This document shows, piece after piece, positions 7,790-18,472 of a stretch of 54,913 bases of DNA. The notes beneath the pieces are model-generated. The model ran no database searches. It was given only the letters and a program-made list of their open reading frames with translations, and had not been told where the DNA came from. Source of the DNA: a virus (lineage: Duplodnaviria > Caudoviricetes); the IMG/VR virus record IMGVR_UViG_3300025131_000048, positions 1-54,913 of that record, one strand, 5' to 3'. The translations under genes were made by a program, and so were the position numbers. Within the stretch, counting starts at the first letter, position 1, and each line of letters begins with the position of its first letter.

Positions 7790-10204
7790 ATGTACGACGA
7801 AAATGAAGTTCGAGAGGAGACTCTTAAATATTTTAATGGCGACAAGCTGGCTACCAACGTCTTCATAACAAAATATTGTTTACGTGACAAAAAGAGCCGC
7901 TGTGTAGAAAAGTCACCAGCCGACATGCATCATCGCCTGGCCAAAGAGTTTGCGAGGGTAGAAGAAAAGTTTGCTAATAATGCCCTCAGTGAAGAAACAA
8001 TCTATAGTTATTTGAAAGACTTCAAATATGTTGTCCCTCAAGGCTCCCCAATGATGGGAATAGGAAACGATTATGTTAAGGTATCTCTCTCCAACTGTGT
8101 GGTTATTGACAATCCGGCGGATAATATTTCGTCCATTATGGACTCTGGCAAAGACCTTGCTAATCTTTTTAAACGACGTTGTGGTGTTGGCCTTGACATT
8201 AGCGGGTTACGCCCTACTGGGGGCATTGTTAATAATTCTGCTCGTACTACTACTGGGGCTTGGAGCTTTGCTGATTTCTACTCTTACATCTGCCGTATGA
8301 TCGGCCAGAACGGCCGCCGCGGCGCGCTCATGATTTCCATGGATGTTCGCCACCCCGACATAGAGAAATTCGTTACAATGAAGCAGGACCTTAAAAAGGT
8401 CACCGGAGCAAATGTATCGGTCAAGATAAGCGATAGTTTCATGGAAGCTGTTGAGAACAAAGAGTCGTTTACGTTGCAGTTCCCGGTGGATTCGGACACC
8501 CCTGCTTATACATCTGAAATTCAAGCCGAAGACTTGTGGAATAAAATAATTATCTCCGCCACCAAAACAGCAGAGCCCGGGCTCCTTATGTGGGACAATA
8601 TTACGCGAAATTTGCCCGCCCACGAATACGAAGATTTTAAGACCCTAACGACCAATCCCTGTGGCGAGATCCCCCTTTCGGCATATGATAGCTGCCGCTT
8701 GATTTCATTAAATCTAAAACATTTAATTAAAAATCCCTTCTCAGAGAAAGCAAAATTTAATTTTAACAAATTAAAAGAGATAGCAGCCGTAGGGATGCGT
8801 CTTTCTGATGACCTAGTGGAACTAGAGCTTGAGAAATTAAAAAAGATTCGACGACACGCTGATACCGAAGACGAAAAAGAGTTGTGGGGAAAGCTGCTGC
8901 ACGCGGCAAAGGCCGGCCGACGGACAGGCCTAGGCACTCACGGACTCGCAGATGCTTTGGCTCGTCTGAACCTACCTTATGACTCACACGAGGCCCTACG
9001 CATTGTAGATAAAATTTATTCTACTATTCGAAACGTGGCCTACGAAGAAAGTATGCGACTCGCCCAGGAGCGCGGTGCTTTCCCGGCCTTTGACTGGCCA
9101 AAAGAAGAAAATAATGCATATATTAAAAGGCTGCCTGAAGAGTTGCAGCGGTTAATAGCTGAGCACGGCCGTCGTAACATTTCTATTTTGACTAACGCCC
9201 CTACGGGCTCTGTTTCTATAATGTCTCAGACTTCTTCCGGCCTAGAGCCGGTGTTTAGAAATTTTTATATTCGACGTCGTAAACTTTCTCACAACGAGCA
9301 AGAACTAGAAGCCGATTTTATTGACGATTTGGGAGACCGATGGGTAGAATATGAAGTATTCCATCATAATGTCCAAGAGTGGATAAATATGTATGGTACT
9401 GTCGACAAGGCCAAGCTTCCTTCTTTTTTTGTGGAATCCGATGGAATCGATTGGCCCCAACGCATAGCCCTGCAGGCAGCGATTCAACAGTATATTGACC
9501 ACAGCATCAGCTCGACCATCAACTTGCCTAAAGCTACAGACCCTCAGTTGGTTGGTAAACTATACCAAGAAGGATGGCGCCAGGGACTTAAAGGGATTAC
9601 TGTTTATGTTGACGGATCCAGAAGTGGGGTGCTCGTCTCTGATGCCCCAGAGTCCAAATTCCCTCACCACAAAGCACCCAAGCGCCCTGTTGAATTGCCC
9701 TGCAGTATTCACCACACCACCATCAAAGGAGAACGGTGGATTATATTGGTGGGTCTATTGGAGGAGAAGCCCTACGAAATCATGGGAGGTCTTTCAAATT
9801 TGATTGAGATTCCCAAACGAGAGACTGAAGGGATATTGGTAAAGCACCCCAGAAAGTCAATAAATTCAATATACGATTTAAAAATTGGAAGAAACGGTGA
9901 TAGCATTGTAGTAAAGGATTTGGTTAAGGTCTTCGACAACCCCAACCATTCGGCGTTTACTCGCATGATTTCCTTGGGCTTGCGCCACGGAGCGAACATT
10001 CACTACGTGGTCGAACAACTCCAAAAGGATCGTGACAGCGACATGTTTAGTTTTGCTAGATGTATCGCTCGTATTTTGAAGAACTATATTCCGAACGGCC
10101 AAGAGGCCACGGAAAGAACTTGTCCTGCATGTACAACCGAAGGATTGATTTATGTTGAGGGTTGCGCGACATGTCGAAACTGTGGCTTTGCTAAATGCGG
10201 ATAG
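7790..10204 (+). CDS. nrdJ: Ribonucleotide reductase, class II (B12-dependent), with C-terminal Zn-ribbon
   Basis: SLSNC, TNPCGE, DSCRL, APTGS, SSTINL; C-terminal CxxC/CxxC; no adjacent beta subunit. Confidence 0.85.
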   Translation: MYDENEVREETLKYFNGDKLATNVFITKYCLRDKKSRCVEKSPADMHHRLAKEFARVEEKFANNALSEETIYSYLKDFKYVVPQGSPMMGIGNDYVKVSLSNCVVIDNPADNISSIMDSGKDLANLFKRRCGVGLDISGLRPTGGIVNNSARTTTGAWSFADFYSYICRMIGQNGRRGALMISMDVRHPDIEKFVTMKQDLKKVTGANVSVKISDSFMEAVENKESFTLQFPVDSDTPAYTSEIQAEDLWNKIIISATKTAEPGLLMWDNITRNLPAHEYEDFKTLTTNPCGEIPLSAYDSCRLISLNLKHLIKNPFSEKAKFNFNKLKEIAAVGMRLSDDLVELELEKLKKIRRHADTEDEKELWGKLLHAAKAGRRTGLGTHGLADALARLNLPYDSHEALRIVDKIYSTIRNVAYEESMRLAQERGAFPAFDWPKEENNAYIKRLPEELQRLIAEHGRRNISILTNAPTGSVSIMSQTSSGLEPVFRNFYIRRRKLSHNEQELEADFIDDLGDRWVEYEVFHHNVQEWINMYGTVDKAKLPSFFVESDGIDWPQRIALQAAIQQYIDHSISSTINLPKATDPQLVGKLYQEGWRQGLKGITVYVDGSRSGVLVSDAPESKFPHHKAPKRPVELPCSIHHTTIKGERWIILVGLLEEKPYEIMGGLSNLIEIPKRETEGILVKHPRKSINSIYDLKIGRNGDSIVVKDLVKVFDNPNHSAFTRMISLGLRHGANIHYVVEQLQKDRDSDMFSFARCIARILKNYIPNGQEATERTCPACTTEGLIYVEGCATCRNCGFAKCG

Positions 10205-10212
10205 GAAAATAA

Positions 10213-10491
10213 ATGATATTTACACCAGTTAACAATTATCTCTACGTAAAAGCAGTAGAGAACAATAAGTCTGACGAGAGCGGTATTCTACTCCCCCAGG
10301 AGTACCGGTCAGCTGAGAACCCGCATGCGGTTGTCGAAGTACTTAATTGTGCCGGAGATTCCGGCACCCTGTGGGGGACTGGATTGCAGATTGTGGTTGA
10401 AGCCCATATGCTCAAAGATATTCAACATAACGGCGAGACCTTCACGGTCATCAAAGAAAACCACGTAATCGGCATTTTATCGGATAGTTAG
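10213..10491 (+). CDS. groES: GroES-like co-chaperonin
   Basis: FTPVNNYLYV...SGILLP...IKENHVIGIL; 92 aa. Confidence 0.75.
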   Translation: MIFTPVNNYLYVKAVENNKSDESGILLPQEYRSAENPHAVVEVLNCAGDSGTLWGTGLQIVVEAHMLKDIQHNGETFTVIKENHVIGILSDS

Positions 10492-10508
10492 ACTATTTAT
10501 AGTGGAGA
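10490..10508 (+). promoter_or_regulatory. Putative late promoter plus SD
   Basis: AGACTATTTATAGTGGAGA, identical to 4067-4085. Confidence 0.6.
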
Positions 10509-10515
10509 TCTCACC

Positions 10516-11136
10516 ATGAGCAAGTATTCAAGTTTTAAAGAGCACCAACTGATCACAGAGAGTTGGCGTCGTTACGTAAATGAAGGGCAAGAGGAACAAC
10601 TTGCCGACGAAGCCGAAAAGGTTCTAGAAAAATTAAGTGAAGATGAAATCCAGGACGCGATCTCCAATGCTATAAAAAAAGGTGAACTACCTCCCGAAAT
10701 TCAGGCCCAGATTGAGGCGGTTGCGGACAAAGTGGCCACTCAAGCAATTGCCCGCGGCAAAGAAGACCTCGATGAGGCTAAAGAAGATCGGTGGCGCTCG
10801 GGGTTCTCATGGTCCAGAAACGACGAGCCCCCCGAATACATCGAGGGGAATCCCTCCGAGGTCGAAGGGGAGCACGCGGTTACAGACGCCCTTGCCAAGC
10901 TCGGTGGCATGGCAGGCTTCGGTGCCGGTGTGGCCGCGGCCCCGTGGCTGATTGAAGATGCAATTGGAGGGCTGCAGCAGCTTGGCGCGCTAACCGCTCC
11001 ATTCAGCGGGGGCATGATAGGAGTACTAGGGGGAATAATTGTCGCCCAGACTATTCTCTCAGCGCGCCGAAAGATGGTTAAATCCCTCAGCACCACTCAG
11101 GTCGTAGAGCCAGTCTCTGGGCCTGATCCCGAATAG
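10516..11136 (+). CDS. Hypothetical protein with ESW leader and glycine-zipper-like hydrophobic C-terminal helices
   Basis: LITESWRRYVNE leader; GGMAGFGAGVAAA and GGMIGVLGGIIV. Confidence 0.7.
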   Translation: MSKYSSFKEHQLITESWRRYVNEGQEEQLADEAEKVLEKLSEDEIQDAISNAIKKGELPPEIQAQIEAVADKVATQAIARGKEDLDEAKEDRWRSGFSWSRNDEPPEYIEGNPSEVEGEHAVTDALAKLGGMAGFGAGVAAAPWLIEDAIGGLQQLGALTAPFSGGMIGVLGGIIVAQTILSARRKMVKSLSTTQVVEPVSGPDPE

Positions 11137-11152
11137 TGAACTAATTACAAAG

Positions 11153-11887
11153 ATGGTAAAGCTATCCTTAAATGAAATGAGGCAGATGGTAAACGGCCTA
11201 CTTCATACCAAAGGGAGACGGTCTTTTATGCTTTTGGCCAGTCCGGGCCTCAATTTGGTGGAACGTAAGCGATTCCAAGGTCAGTTTGAGAAAGTGCTTG
11301 ATAAGTTACGTGGAGTTGCTCCGGAAGCTGAAGGAATTGGAATCCTCACTGCCCAGAACCCTCTTAAATGGAGGGAAGAGCCAGAAAGCGCCCCTGCTAG
11401 TTCCCAAGGCCAAAGCGCCTACAACCTTGTATCCAACGAAGCTATGGAGCGCGACCTCCGCGCTGACGGTTATGAATTCTGGAAAATAGGTGGGCGCTTT
11501 GGAGGCGATGTGGAAGAGTCTTATCTGGTCAAAAATATAGATGCTGATGACGTTGAAAGACTCGCGAGAAAATATAACCAAGAAGCCTTTATACATGGAG
11601 AATTTATTAACATTGGGAAGTATGCGCGTAAGGGCGAAGAAGAAGACGGGAGCCCCTCAGAGGATCAATACGAATCTCACTTCACCTACTATGATGTAGA
11701 CTACGCCCAAGCTCTGGGCGCCTATCCTGTTGAAACTCGAACTAGAATCTTTACCGACGCTGATATACAATCCCGAGAAGATTTCTATTCTAAGGTTGCC
11801 GGTAAAAAGTTTTTGATACCGTTTTTCGACACAGACGCAGCGACAGTTGTGCGAACCAAGGCCCCCGAAAGAAAACCGGCAGCTTAG
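11153..11887 (+). CDS. DUF3293-like protein
   Basis: GILTAQNP...N..M..DL...EESYLV...LARKYNQEAFI; ACTAATTA immediately upstream. Confidence 0.6.
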   Translation: MVKLSLNEMRQMVNGLLHTKGRRSFMLLASPGLNLVERKRFQGQFEKVLDKLRGVAPEAEGIGILTAQNPLKWREEPESAPASSQGQSAYNLVSNEAMERDLRADGYEFWKIGGRFGGDVEESYLVKNIDADDVERLARKYNQEAFIHGEFINIGKYARKGEEEDGSPSEDQYESHFTYYDVDYAQALGAYPVETRTRIFTDADIQSREDFYSKVAGKKFLIPFFDTDAATVVRTKAPERKPAA

Positions 11888-12612
11888 TGATTGCTAGGCT
11901 AAAAGCCCAAAAACTGGTTATTGGGCACACTCTAGAAGCCCTTCAATTTGCGCAAGATAATGGGGCCGTCGTATTAATCAACGAGCAGCAAACCCCCCAT
12001 CCTATAGAGAACCCCAAAGAATGGAAAGAGTGGCACCGTCTCACTTTTTTACTTGGGATGAGGGGGTTGTCCCCCATCCCTTCGGACACCAATAGCATTA
12101 GAATTGAAGAAGGGTGTGCTAGTGTTTCCACAGAAGCACATCGCGTAATAAAAATAAACTTCGAGGAACTTCATATTTTTGATACTTCGCGCGTCCAAGG
12201 CCTCGGGATAGAAACAAAAGTCTTGAAGTTTTTAGTATATGATTGGTTTGATATAAAGCGTGGAGCCAAGCAGAGTATTAACAAGTTGGTCAACGACGAT
12301 GAGTTTGTAAGAGAGCTGTGTTTTTATCCCTCACTCCGAAAGGATGGTAACAATGGCTCCATTAAAGATTGCTACACTAAATCATATATTAATTCCGAGG
12401 ACCTAGAAAAGTTTGAATACTCAGAAACTGCGGCGCGCTTTGCTGCCATGAGACTAATAAAAGAAAACAATCTTACTGGGCCCAGTAGAAAGTTCGGGGA
12501 CAAGGTTCATCATTTAAATTTAGTGTTAAAACATAGCCGGCGCGAGCTTTATGAGCACACCAAAAAATATATTATAAATGAAAGCTTGCCAAAAAATATA
12601 TTTTTGTTATAA
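11887..12612 (+). CDS. Hypothetical protein (possible degenerate Rossmann N-terminus)
   Basis: 241-aa ORF fitting tightly between neighbours; LVIGHTLEAL. Confidence 0.6.
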   Translation: MIARLKAQKLVIGHTLEALQFAQDNGAVVLINEQQTPHPIENPKEWKEWHRLTFLLGMRGLSPIPSDTNSIRIEEGCASVSTEAHRVIKINFEELHIFDTSRVQGLGIETKVLKFLVYDWFDIKRGAKQSINKLVNDDEFVRELCFYPSLRKDGNNGSIKDCYTKSYINSEDLEKFEYSETAARFAAMRLIKENNLTGPSRKFGDKVHHLNLVLKHSRRELYEHTKKYIINESLPKNIFLL

Positions 12613-12623
12613 TATAACTATAA

Positions 12624-13514
12624 GTGAAGCAAGCGCAACAGAATCCACACTCATTTCATTTGGCCGGGATCATTCCTGTTGCCGCATCTACATCTGAATT
12701 CAATTTGCCGGGGCACGATGTGCTTATGCCTATAGCTCCCAATTATAGTCTTATAGAAAGAGCTGTTGCAGAGTGTTCTTATGCCGGCTGCGAATCAATT
12801 TGGATAGTGTGTAATGACGACATTGCCCCACTCCTTAAGCATCGGCTCGGAGAGTACGTAGAAGATTTAATAAGTGTGGAGAAGGGCGCCTTCGTGCGGT
12901 TTCCTTCCGAGGTGCGCAACACCATTCCAATTTACTATGTACCGATTCATCCGAAACATCGGGATAAGATAGATTGTTATGCTTGGTCCATTTTACATGG
13001 AGCCAATGTGGCCTACTGGATCTGCCGTAGACTTTCTCGATGGTTCATCCCTGATAGATATTATGTAGCTTTCCCCTTCGGGATATATAATCCTCACCAG
13101 GCAAAGGCGGCAAGAAAATTAATAGCATCCAAGAAGCCCTTTTATTTTTCTTATGAAGAGAAAACTGTTCGTGATGGAATTCCCCTCGGATTTACTTTTG
13201 ATGCTAACGAATGGAAACGAGCCCGAGACGTTATTAAATCTAACTCAAAAACCTACTACCCGCCTCTGGAGGGAGAGCAGATGCCAAGCAAAAGATTGCC
13301 TGCTGAAGAAAGACTTAAATCTAGGCATTATAATCTTCACGATGTATTTAACGAGGCGTCCCTAGTGGAGGCACAAATAAGTGAACTAGATTGGTTTTAT
13401 GACTTGACAAAGTGGGAAGAATATTGTAAACTATTAACATCTGGACATCATGAAGACCTGAAGCGGCCATACGGCTTTACGACGGGTCACCTACACGAAG
13501 GGGAAGAAGAATGA
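12624..13514 (+). CDS. Sugar-phosphate nucleotidyltransferase-like protein (divergent)
   Basis: LAGIIPVA...LMPIAP...LIERAV.EC.YAGCESIWIVC; TTGCCA-N16-TATAAT upstream. Confidence 0.6.
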   Translation: MKQAQQNPHSFHLAGIIPVAASTSEFNLPGHDVLMPIAPNYSLIERAVAECSYAGCESIWIVCNDDIAPLLKHRLGEYVEDLISVEKGAFVRFPSEVRNTIPIYYVPIHPKHRDKIDCYAWSILHGANVAYWICRRLSRWFIPDRYYVAFPFGIYNPHQAKAARKLIASKKPFYFSYEEKTVRDGIPLGFTFDANEWKRARDVIKSNSKTYYPPLEGEQMPSKRLPAEERLKSRHYNLHDVFNEASLVEAQISELDWFYDLTKWEEYCKLLTSGHHEDLKRPYGFTTGHLHEGEEE

Positions 13515-16500
13515 AAGATACGCGAGACAAGAGAGCAACATCATCAATCCCGTTTGTGGGATTACACGCTCATAGCGTAGCTGGTTCAATTTTTGATGCC
13601 ATAGGCTATCCTCCCGAACATATGGATTTTGCATATCAGAATGGATCTGATGCTCTAGCTCTCACTGACCATGGAAATATGAATGGGTTTAGTTATCAGC
13701 TTCTGCACTGGAAAAAGATGAAGGCGGAGGGCAAAAAGTTTAAAGCCGTTTTTGGAGTGGAAGCTTACTTCCTCCCCAGCCTAAAAGAGTGGAGAGAAGA
13801 GTATAACAAAGCAAAAGAGGATGCCAAGCTAGCCAGAAAGCTAGCCAAAGAAGAGGCCTCTGGGGCCACGGTCGAAGATGAGGGCGAGAGTAAGAAGGCG
13901 CAAGAAGTCTTAAAAAGGCGCCGTCACCTAATCCTCCTGGCGCAGAATCAAACCGGCCTAAATAATATCTTTAAAATAATCTCTGCAAGCTACAAAGCAG
14001 AAAACTACTATCGCTATCCTCGCGTTGATTATGAAATGCTAGAGAAGTATAGCGAAGGGGTCATCGCCGCATCGGCGTGTCTGGGTGGCGTATATGCTGG
14101 TAATTATTGGGAAAATCGAGAAGAGGGCCCCGAAGCCATCTTAGATGCAATGCGCGAAACCACTCGGCAGATGATAAAGATCTTTGGCGCCCGTTGGCAC
14201 GGAGAATTGCAATGGAACGGAATAGACGAACAGCACGAACTCAATCAGTATATTATTAAAATGCACGAGGAGTTCGGGATCCCCCTAATATCAACCGCTG
14301 ATAGTCATTACCCTAACCCAGACGCGTGGAAAGATAGAGAACTATACACACGCCTAGGCTGGCTTGGTAAAGGGGGACTCCCAGAATATATATCTTCGGA
14401 GCTGCCGATAGGTGTTGAAGACATAGGCTATGAGCTTTATCCCAAGAATGGCGATCAGGTGTGGGAGAGCTACAAGAAATATTCAGATTTAAACCAACAA
14501 GAGTACGATGATGATGTGGTGCTTGACTCAATCACCAGAACTCATGCCATCGCTCACGAATTGATTGAAGATTTTGAGCCCAACATCGAAGTAAAGCTGC
14601 CAGATTTTGTTGTACCAAAGGGGGCTACTGCCACTGGCGCATTGACCCAATTGGCAATAGATGGACTAAGATCAAAGGATCTACACAAAGACCAAGACTA
14701 TGTTGATCGCCTAAAGATGGAGCTGAAAGTTATTAGTGACCGAGGATTTAGTAAATATTTCTTAACGATGAAAGCGATTGTCGACAAGGCTAACGCATGT
14801 CAGCTTACAGGCCCTGGCCGCGGCTCCGCGGCAGGCTCCCTTGCGGCCTATGTTTTGAACATTACACAGATAGATCCTATCAAACACGGGCTGCTGTTCG
14901 AAAGGTTTTTACGCCGAGATGCAACAGACTACCCCGACATAGATTATGATGTAGCTGAGCCAATGGAGCTTAAAGAAATGTTGGCAGAAGAATGGGGGCA
15001 CAACACGGTGGTTCCCATTTCTAACTGGAACACATTACAACTACGTTCGTTGATCAAAGATATTTCAAAATTTTATGAAATTCCGTTTATTGAAGCAAAC
15101 AAAGTTACAGGCGTGATGATTAGAGAAGCAACTCCCGATGCCAAGCGTAAGAATGGTATTCGAGCCGGAGTGTATAATCCCACATGGGAAGAAGTAATGG
15201 AATTTAGTCCCTCCCTTAGAGGATTCTTACTAAAATATCCTCAGATTAAGCCTCACGTTGAGGCGTTGGTGGGCCAAGTTAGGTCTTGTTCTCGTCATGC
15301 CGGCGGCGTTTTGATCGCGGACGACTTAGATAAGCATATGCCTTTAATTAACTCGGGAGGAATACGACAAGCCCCTTGGGCCGAGGGACAGAACGTTCGT
15401 CACTTAGAGCCACTCGGGTTTATTAAATTTGATCTTCTCGGGCTATCGACATTGCGCATGATCGACGGCGCCGTCAGACATATTCTGCGCAGGCATCAAG
15501 GAATAGAAAATCCAAGCTTTGAGCAGGTACAACAGTTCTATAATGAAAATCTTCACCCAGATGTAATAGATTTTAATAATGCGGAAGTGTACGAGAACAT
15601 ATTTCATAAAGGAAACTGGGCCGGAGTATTTCAATTCACAGAGGAAAAGGCACAGCAGTTTTGTCAGCGCGCCACACCTCAAAGCTTAATTGATATATCC
15701 GCCATTACTTCTATTTATCGACCGGGACCTCTGGCCGCGAATGTACACGAACAATACATAGCTGCAAAAAATGACCCCGAAGAGGTGTACTATCTTAATG
15801 ACATAGTGAAGGACGTCACGGAAGAAAGTTACGGGTTCTTAATTTTTCAGGAGCAGATAGCTCTCTTGGCCCACAAGCTTGGGAAAGACCTCTCCCTGGA
15901 TGAAGGGAACCTTCTCCGCAAGGTTTTAACAAAGCGTGGGACAGGAAAGGGCGCCCAGACGAAAGAAAAGCTCTACACCAAGTTTATTGCCGGATGTGTT
16001 GAAAAGGGCATTAATAAGTTTAAGGCCGAGGACCTGTGGAAAACGTTTGAATATTTCTCAGGCTACGGTTTTAATAAGTCTCATGCTGTTTCTTATTCGG
16101 CAATTTCATTTCAGTGTGCGTGGCTTCTTAACTATTATCCCTCTGAGTGGATGGCAGCATTCCTCGACAAAGAGCCTGAGGCTCGCAAAGAGAAGGCCAT
16201 TAACATTGCCAAGAGCTACGGCTTTGCTATTCGGAAAGCTGATGTGAACAATTCTGGAGATGTATGGGAAATCAGCGACGACGACCCGATGATGCTCATT
16301 CAGCCTTTAAGCTCTATCAAGGGTTTGGGCGACAAAGCTATCGAGCAGATTTTAATGCATCGCCCCTTCGAAACCATCGAAGAGTTTATCTTTAATGACG
16401 AAATAGTTTATTCCAAACTGAACAAGAAAGCTCTAGATGTTTTGATTAGGTCTGGTACGGCCGATTGTTTAATGGACGAGAGGTTTACTGGTCGGAAACA

Positions 16501-16963
16501 TTTTTGGTCGGCTGTGGCCGTTGAAAGGCCCGCCAGCAAAAAGAAACTTAAAGAGCAAATAGAGTTGTATCAAGAAGAGGGAGACTTTACCGAGGAGGAA
16601 GAAATAGAAAATACTATCTCTTTGACAGGCATATTCCCTATGGATCTGGTTATAGACGAGACGGTCAGGAGTCGCCTGGACGAACTTTATGTCCCTCCGG
16701 TATCAGAATATGATCCAGACCTGGGTCTTGTGTGGTTTATTCCTCGCGAGATTGTTCAGAGGAACACCAAGAATGGAAAGCCGTATTGGATAGTTTCAGT
16801 GATTGATAGCAACTCGGCTTTAACAAAGATTAGGTGCTGGGGAGTCAACCCAGCCAGAGACAAGATTTTTATAAATCGCCCCTACATGGCTCGACTAGAT
16901 TATAGTGAAGAATGGGGCTTTTCAGCAAGAGCCATACGAAGGACAATGAAACTTTTAGGATAG
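13511..16963 (+). CDS. dnaE: DNA polymerase III alpha subunit
   Basis: PHP motifs LHAHS, ALTDHGN and TADSHY; GPGRGSAAGSL, PDIDYD, HAGG, KFDLLGL, FNKSHA. Confidence 0.97.
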   Translation: MKDTRDKRATSSIPFVGLHAHSVAGSIFDAIGYPPEHMDFAYQNGSDALALTDHGNMNGFSYQLLHWKKMKAEGKKFKAVFGVEAYFLPSLKEWREEYNKAKEDAKLARKLAKEEASGATVEDEGESKKAQEVLKRRRHLILLAQNQTGLNNIFKIISASYKAENYYRYPRVDYEMLEKYSEGVIAASACLGGVYAGNYWENREEGPEAILDAMRETTRQMIKIFGARWHGELQWNGIDEQHELNQYIIKMHEEFGIPLISTADSHYPNPDAWKDRELYTRLGWLGKGGLPEYISSELPIGVEDIGYELYPKNGDQVWESYKKYSDLNQQEYDDDVVLDSITRTHAIAHELIEDFEPNIEVKLPDFVVPKGATATGALTQLAIDGLRSKDLHKDQDYVDRLKMELKVISDRGFSKYFLTMKAIVDKANACQLTGPGRGSAAGSLAAYVLNITQIDPIKHGLLFERFLRRDATDYPDIDYDVAEPMELKEMLAEEWGHNTVVPISNWNTLQLRSLIKDISKFYEIPFIEANKVTGVMIREATPDAKRKNGIRAGVYNPTWEEVMEFSPSLRGFLLKYPQIKPHVEALVGQVRSCSRHAGGVLIADDLDKHMPLINSGGIRQAPWAEGQNVRHLEPLGFIKFDLLGLSTLRMIDGAVRHILRRHQGIENPSFEQVQQFYNENLHPDVIDFNNAEVYENIFHKGNWAGVFQFTEEKAQQFCQRATPQSLIDISAITSIYRPGPLAANVHEQYIAAKNDPEEVYYLNDIVKDVTEESYGFLIFQEQIALLAHKLGKDLSLDEGNLLRKVLTKRGTGKGAQTKEKLYTKFIAGCVEKGINKFKAEDLWKTFEYFSGYGFNKSHAVSYSAISFQCAWLLNYYPSEWMAAFLDKEPEARKEKAINIAKSYGFAIRKADVNNSGDVWEISDDDPMMLIQPLSSIKGLGDKAIEQILMHRPFETIEEFIFNDEIVYSKLNKKALDVLIRSGTADCLMDERFTGRKHFWSAVAVERPASKKKLKEQIELYQEEGDFTEEEEIENTISLTGIFPMDLVIDETVRSRLDELYVPPVSEYDPDLGLVWFIPREIVQRNTKNGKPYWIVSVIDSNSALTKIRCWGVNPARDKIFINRPYMARLDYSEEWGFSARAIRRTMKLLG

Positions 16964-16972
16964 GAGATAAAG

Positions 16973-18007
16973 ATGTCTAATGTAAATAGAAAAAAAGAGG
17001 AAGCGTCGACAATGATTGCGGATATAGTGCTCGGATTAAGTTACGGCGACGAGGGGAAGGGAAAGGTTACCCACCACCTCTTAAAAAGTGGAGACTATAC
17101 TCACTGCTTGCGTTTCAATGGGGGATGTAATGCTGGTCATACCATTTACCACGAGGGTAAGAAATTTGTCACCCACCATATTCCCGCGGGAGTTTTTTTT
17201 GGAGTGAAATCAATTATTGGCCCTGGGTGTGTAGTAAACTTAGATCAGTTCTTTAAAGAATTGAACGAACTTAAAGAGGGCGGCATAGACGTTGAAGATA
17301 AAGTTTTTATTGCCCAAAATGCTCATATTATCACAAGTCGGCATATGGCTGAAGATAGAAATGATTATCAAATAGGGACGACCAAGCAAGGAAATGGGCC
17401 GGCTTATAGAGACAAGTACAGTCGACAAGGTGAGCGCGCCGGAACTGTAAAGGTCTTGGAAGATTATATAATAGATATTTTTACTGAGTTCCATGAAAAT
17501 GAAGAAACTGTTGTTCTTTGCGAGGGCGCCCAAGGTTTTGGTCTTGACATTGATTGGGGCGACTATCCCTTTGTTACGTCAAGCCACTGCACCGCTGCTG
17601 GTGCGCTCTTGAATGGGATCCCGCCCCAAGCGGTGCGGAAAGTATATGGGATTGCAAAAGCCTACGACACCTATGTGGGAGCTAAAGCTTTCCACGGGAA
17701 AGGAAGAGAGTATGATTTGATGCAATCGGTAGGGAAGGAATTTGGCGCCACCACAGGGCGCCCCCGACAGTGTAACTGGTTAGATATGAAGAGTCTAGGG
17801 AAGGCTATTAAAGTAAATGGTGTGACGGATGTGATTATCAACAAGGTGGACGTTTTAAGAGAGATGGGGCTGTGGCGACTACGCTATTCTACCGATGACA
17901 GAATTAATATGACCTTCGGAAATGAACAAAGCTGGAAGCAGTATATTAAAAAGTTTTTGCCTGAGAGTTTAACAATTCAATTTTCAGATAGCCCCGAAAG
18001 GATTTAA
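16973..18007 (+). CDS. purA: Adenylosuccinate synthetase (short form; alternative start at 17012)
   Basis: GDEGKGK, GGCNAGHT, EGAQG, YPFVTSS, GATTGRPR, NKVD. Confidence 0.92.
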   Translation: MSNVNRKKEEASTMIADIVLGLSYGDEGKGKVTHHLLKSGDYTHCLRFNGGCNAGHTIYHEGKKFVTHHIPAGVFFGVKSIIGPGCVVNLDQFFKELNELKEGGIDVEDKVFIAQNAHIITSRHMAEDRNDYQIGTTKQGNGPAYRDKYSRQGERAGTVKVLEDYIIDIFTEFHENEETVVLCEGAQGFGLDIDWGDYPFVTSSHCTAAGALLNGIPPQAVRKVYGIAKAYDTYVGAKAFHGKGREYDLMQSVGKEFGATTGRPRQCNWLDMKSLGKAIKVNGVTDVIINKVDVLREMGLWRLRYSTDDRINMTFGNEQSWKQYIKKFLPESLTIQFSDSPERI

Positions 18008-18010
18008 AGA

Positions 18011-18472
18011 ATGATAGTACAATATGAGCGCACTCGGCCCGACGCATTGAAACCCACACGAGGTCATCCCAGTGATGCTGGCCTTGACGTCTATTATTGC
18101 CCCGAAGACGCGTCGACCACAGGACACATGATTAAGCCGGGCGAAAGTGTTCTGCTCCAAAGTGGATTGAAATTTGAAGTGCCTCACGGCTACATGTTGG
18201 AGGTAAAAAATCGCTCCAGCATAGCAGCACTCCGTAGCTTGGTGGTGGGCGCATGCGTAATAGATTCAGGATATAGCGGCGAAGTGTTTATAAATCTTCA
18301 TAACATCGGGAATGAGGATCAGGTGGTGGAAAAGGGTACGAAAATAGCGCAGCTGGTAATGGTGCCCATAATTTCATTTAGACCACGAGAAATATCCGGA
18401 GAATCTTTATACAGAGACTCTATCACCATTAGTGACCGAGGCCCCGGGGCCCTGGGGAGCACCAATGAGTAG
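18011..18472 (+). CDS. dut: Trimeric dUTPase
   Basis: DAGLD, RSS, IDSGYSGE, IAQLV, RGPGALGST. Confidence 0.95.
   Translation: MIVQYERTRPDALKPTRGHPSDAGLDVYYCPEDASTTGHMIKPGESVLLQSGLKFEVPHGYMLEVKNRSSIAALRSLVVGACVIDSGYSGEVFINLHNIGNEDQVVEKGTKIAQLVMVPIISFRPREISGESLYRDSITISDRGPGALGSTNE

Noticed and set aside
2948-16963. Inteins or introns in recA, dnaB, nrdJ or dnaE
   Set aside because: The ORFs are continuous, of normal length, and show no splicing or homing-endonuclease motifs.
16973-18007. PurZ and a Z-genome pathway (suggested by a PurA homologue plus MazG-like and PolA genes)
   Set aside because: The catalytic Asp is retained (GDEGKG, not the Ser of PurZ) and the GTP-type NKVD motif is present, so this is PurA.
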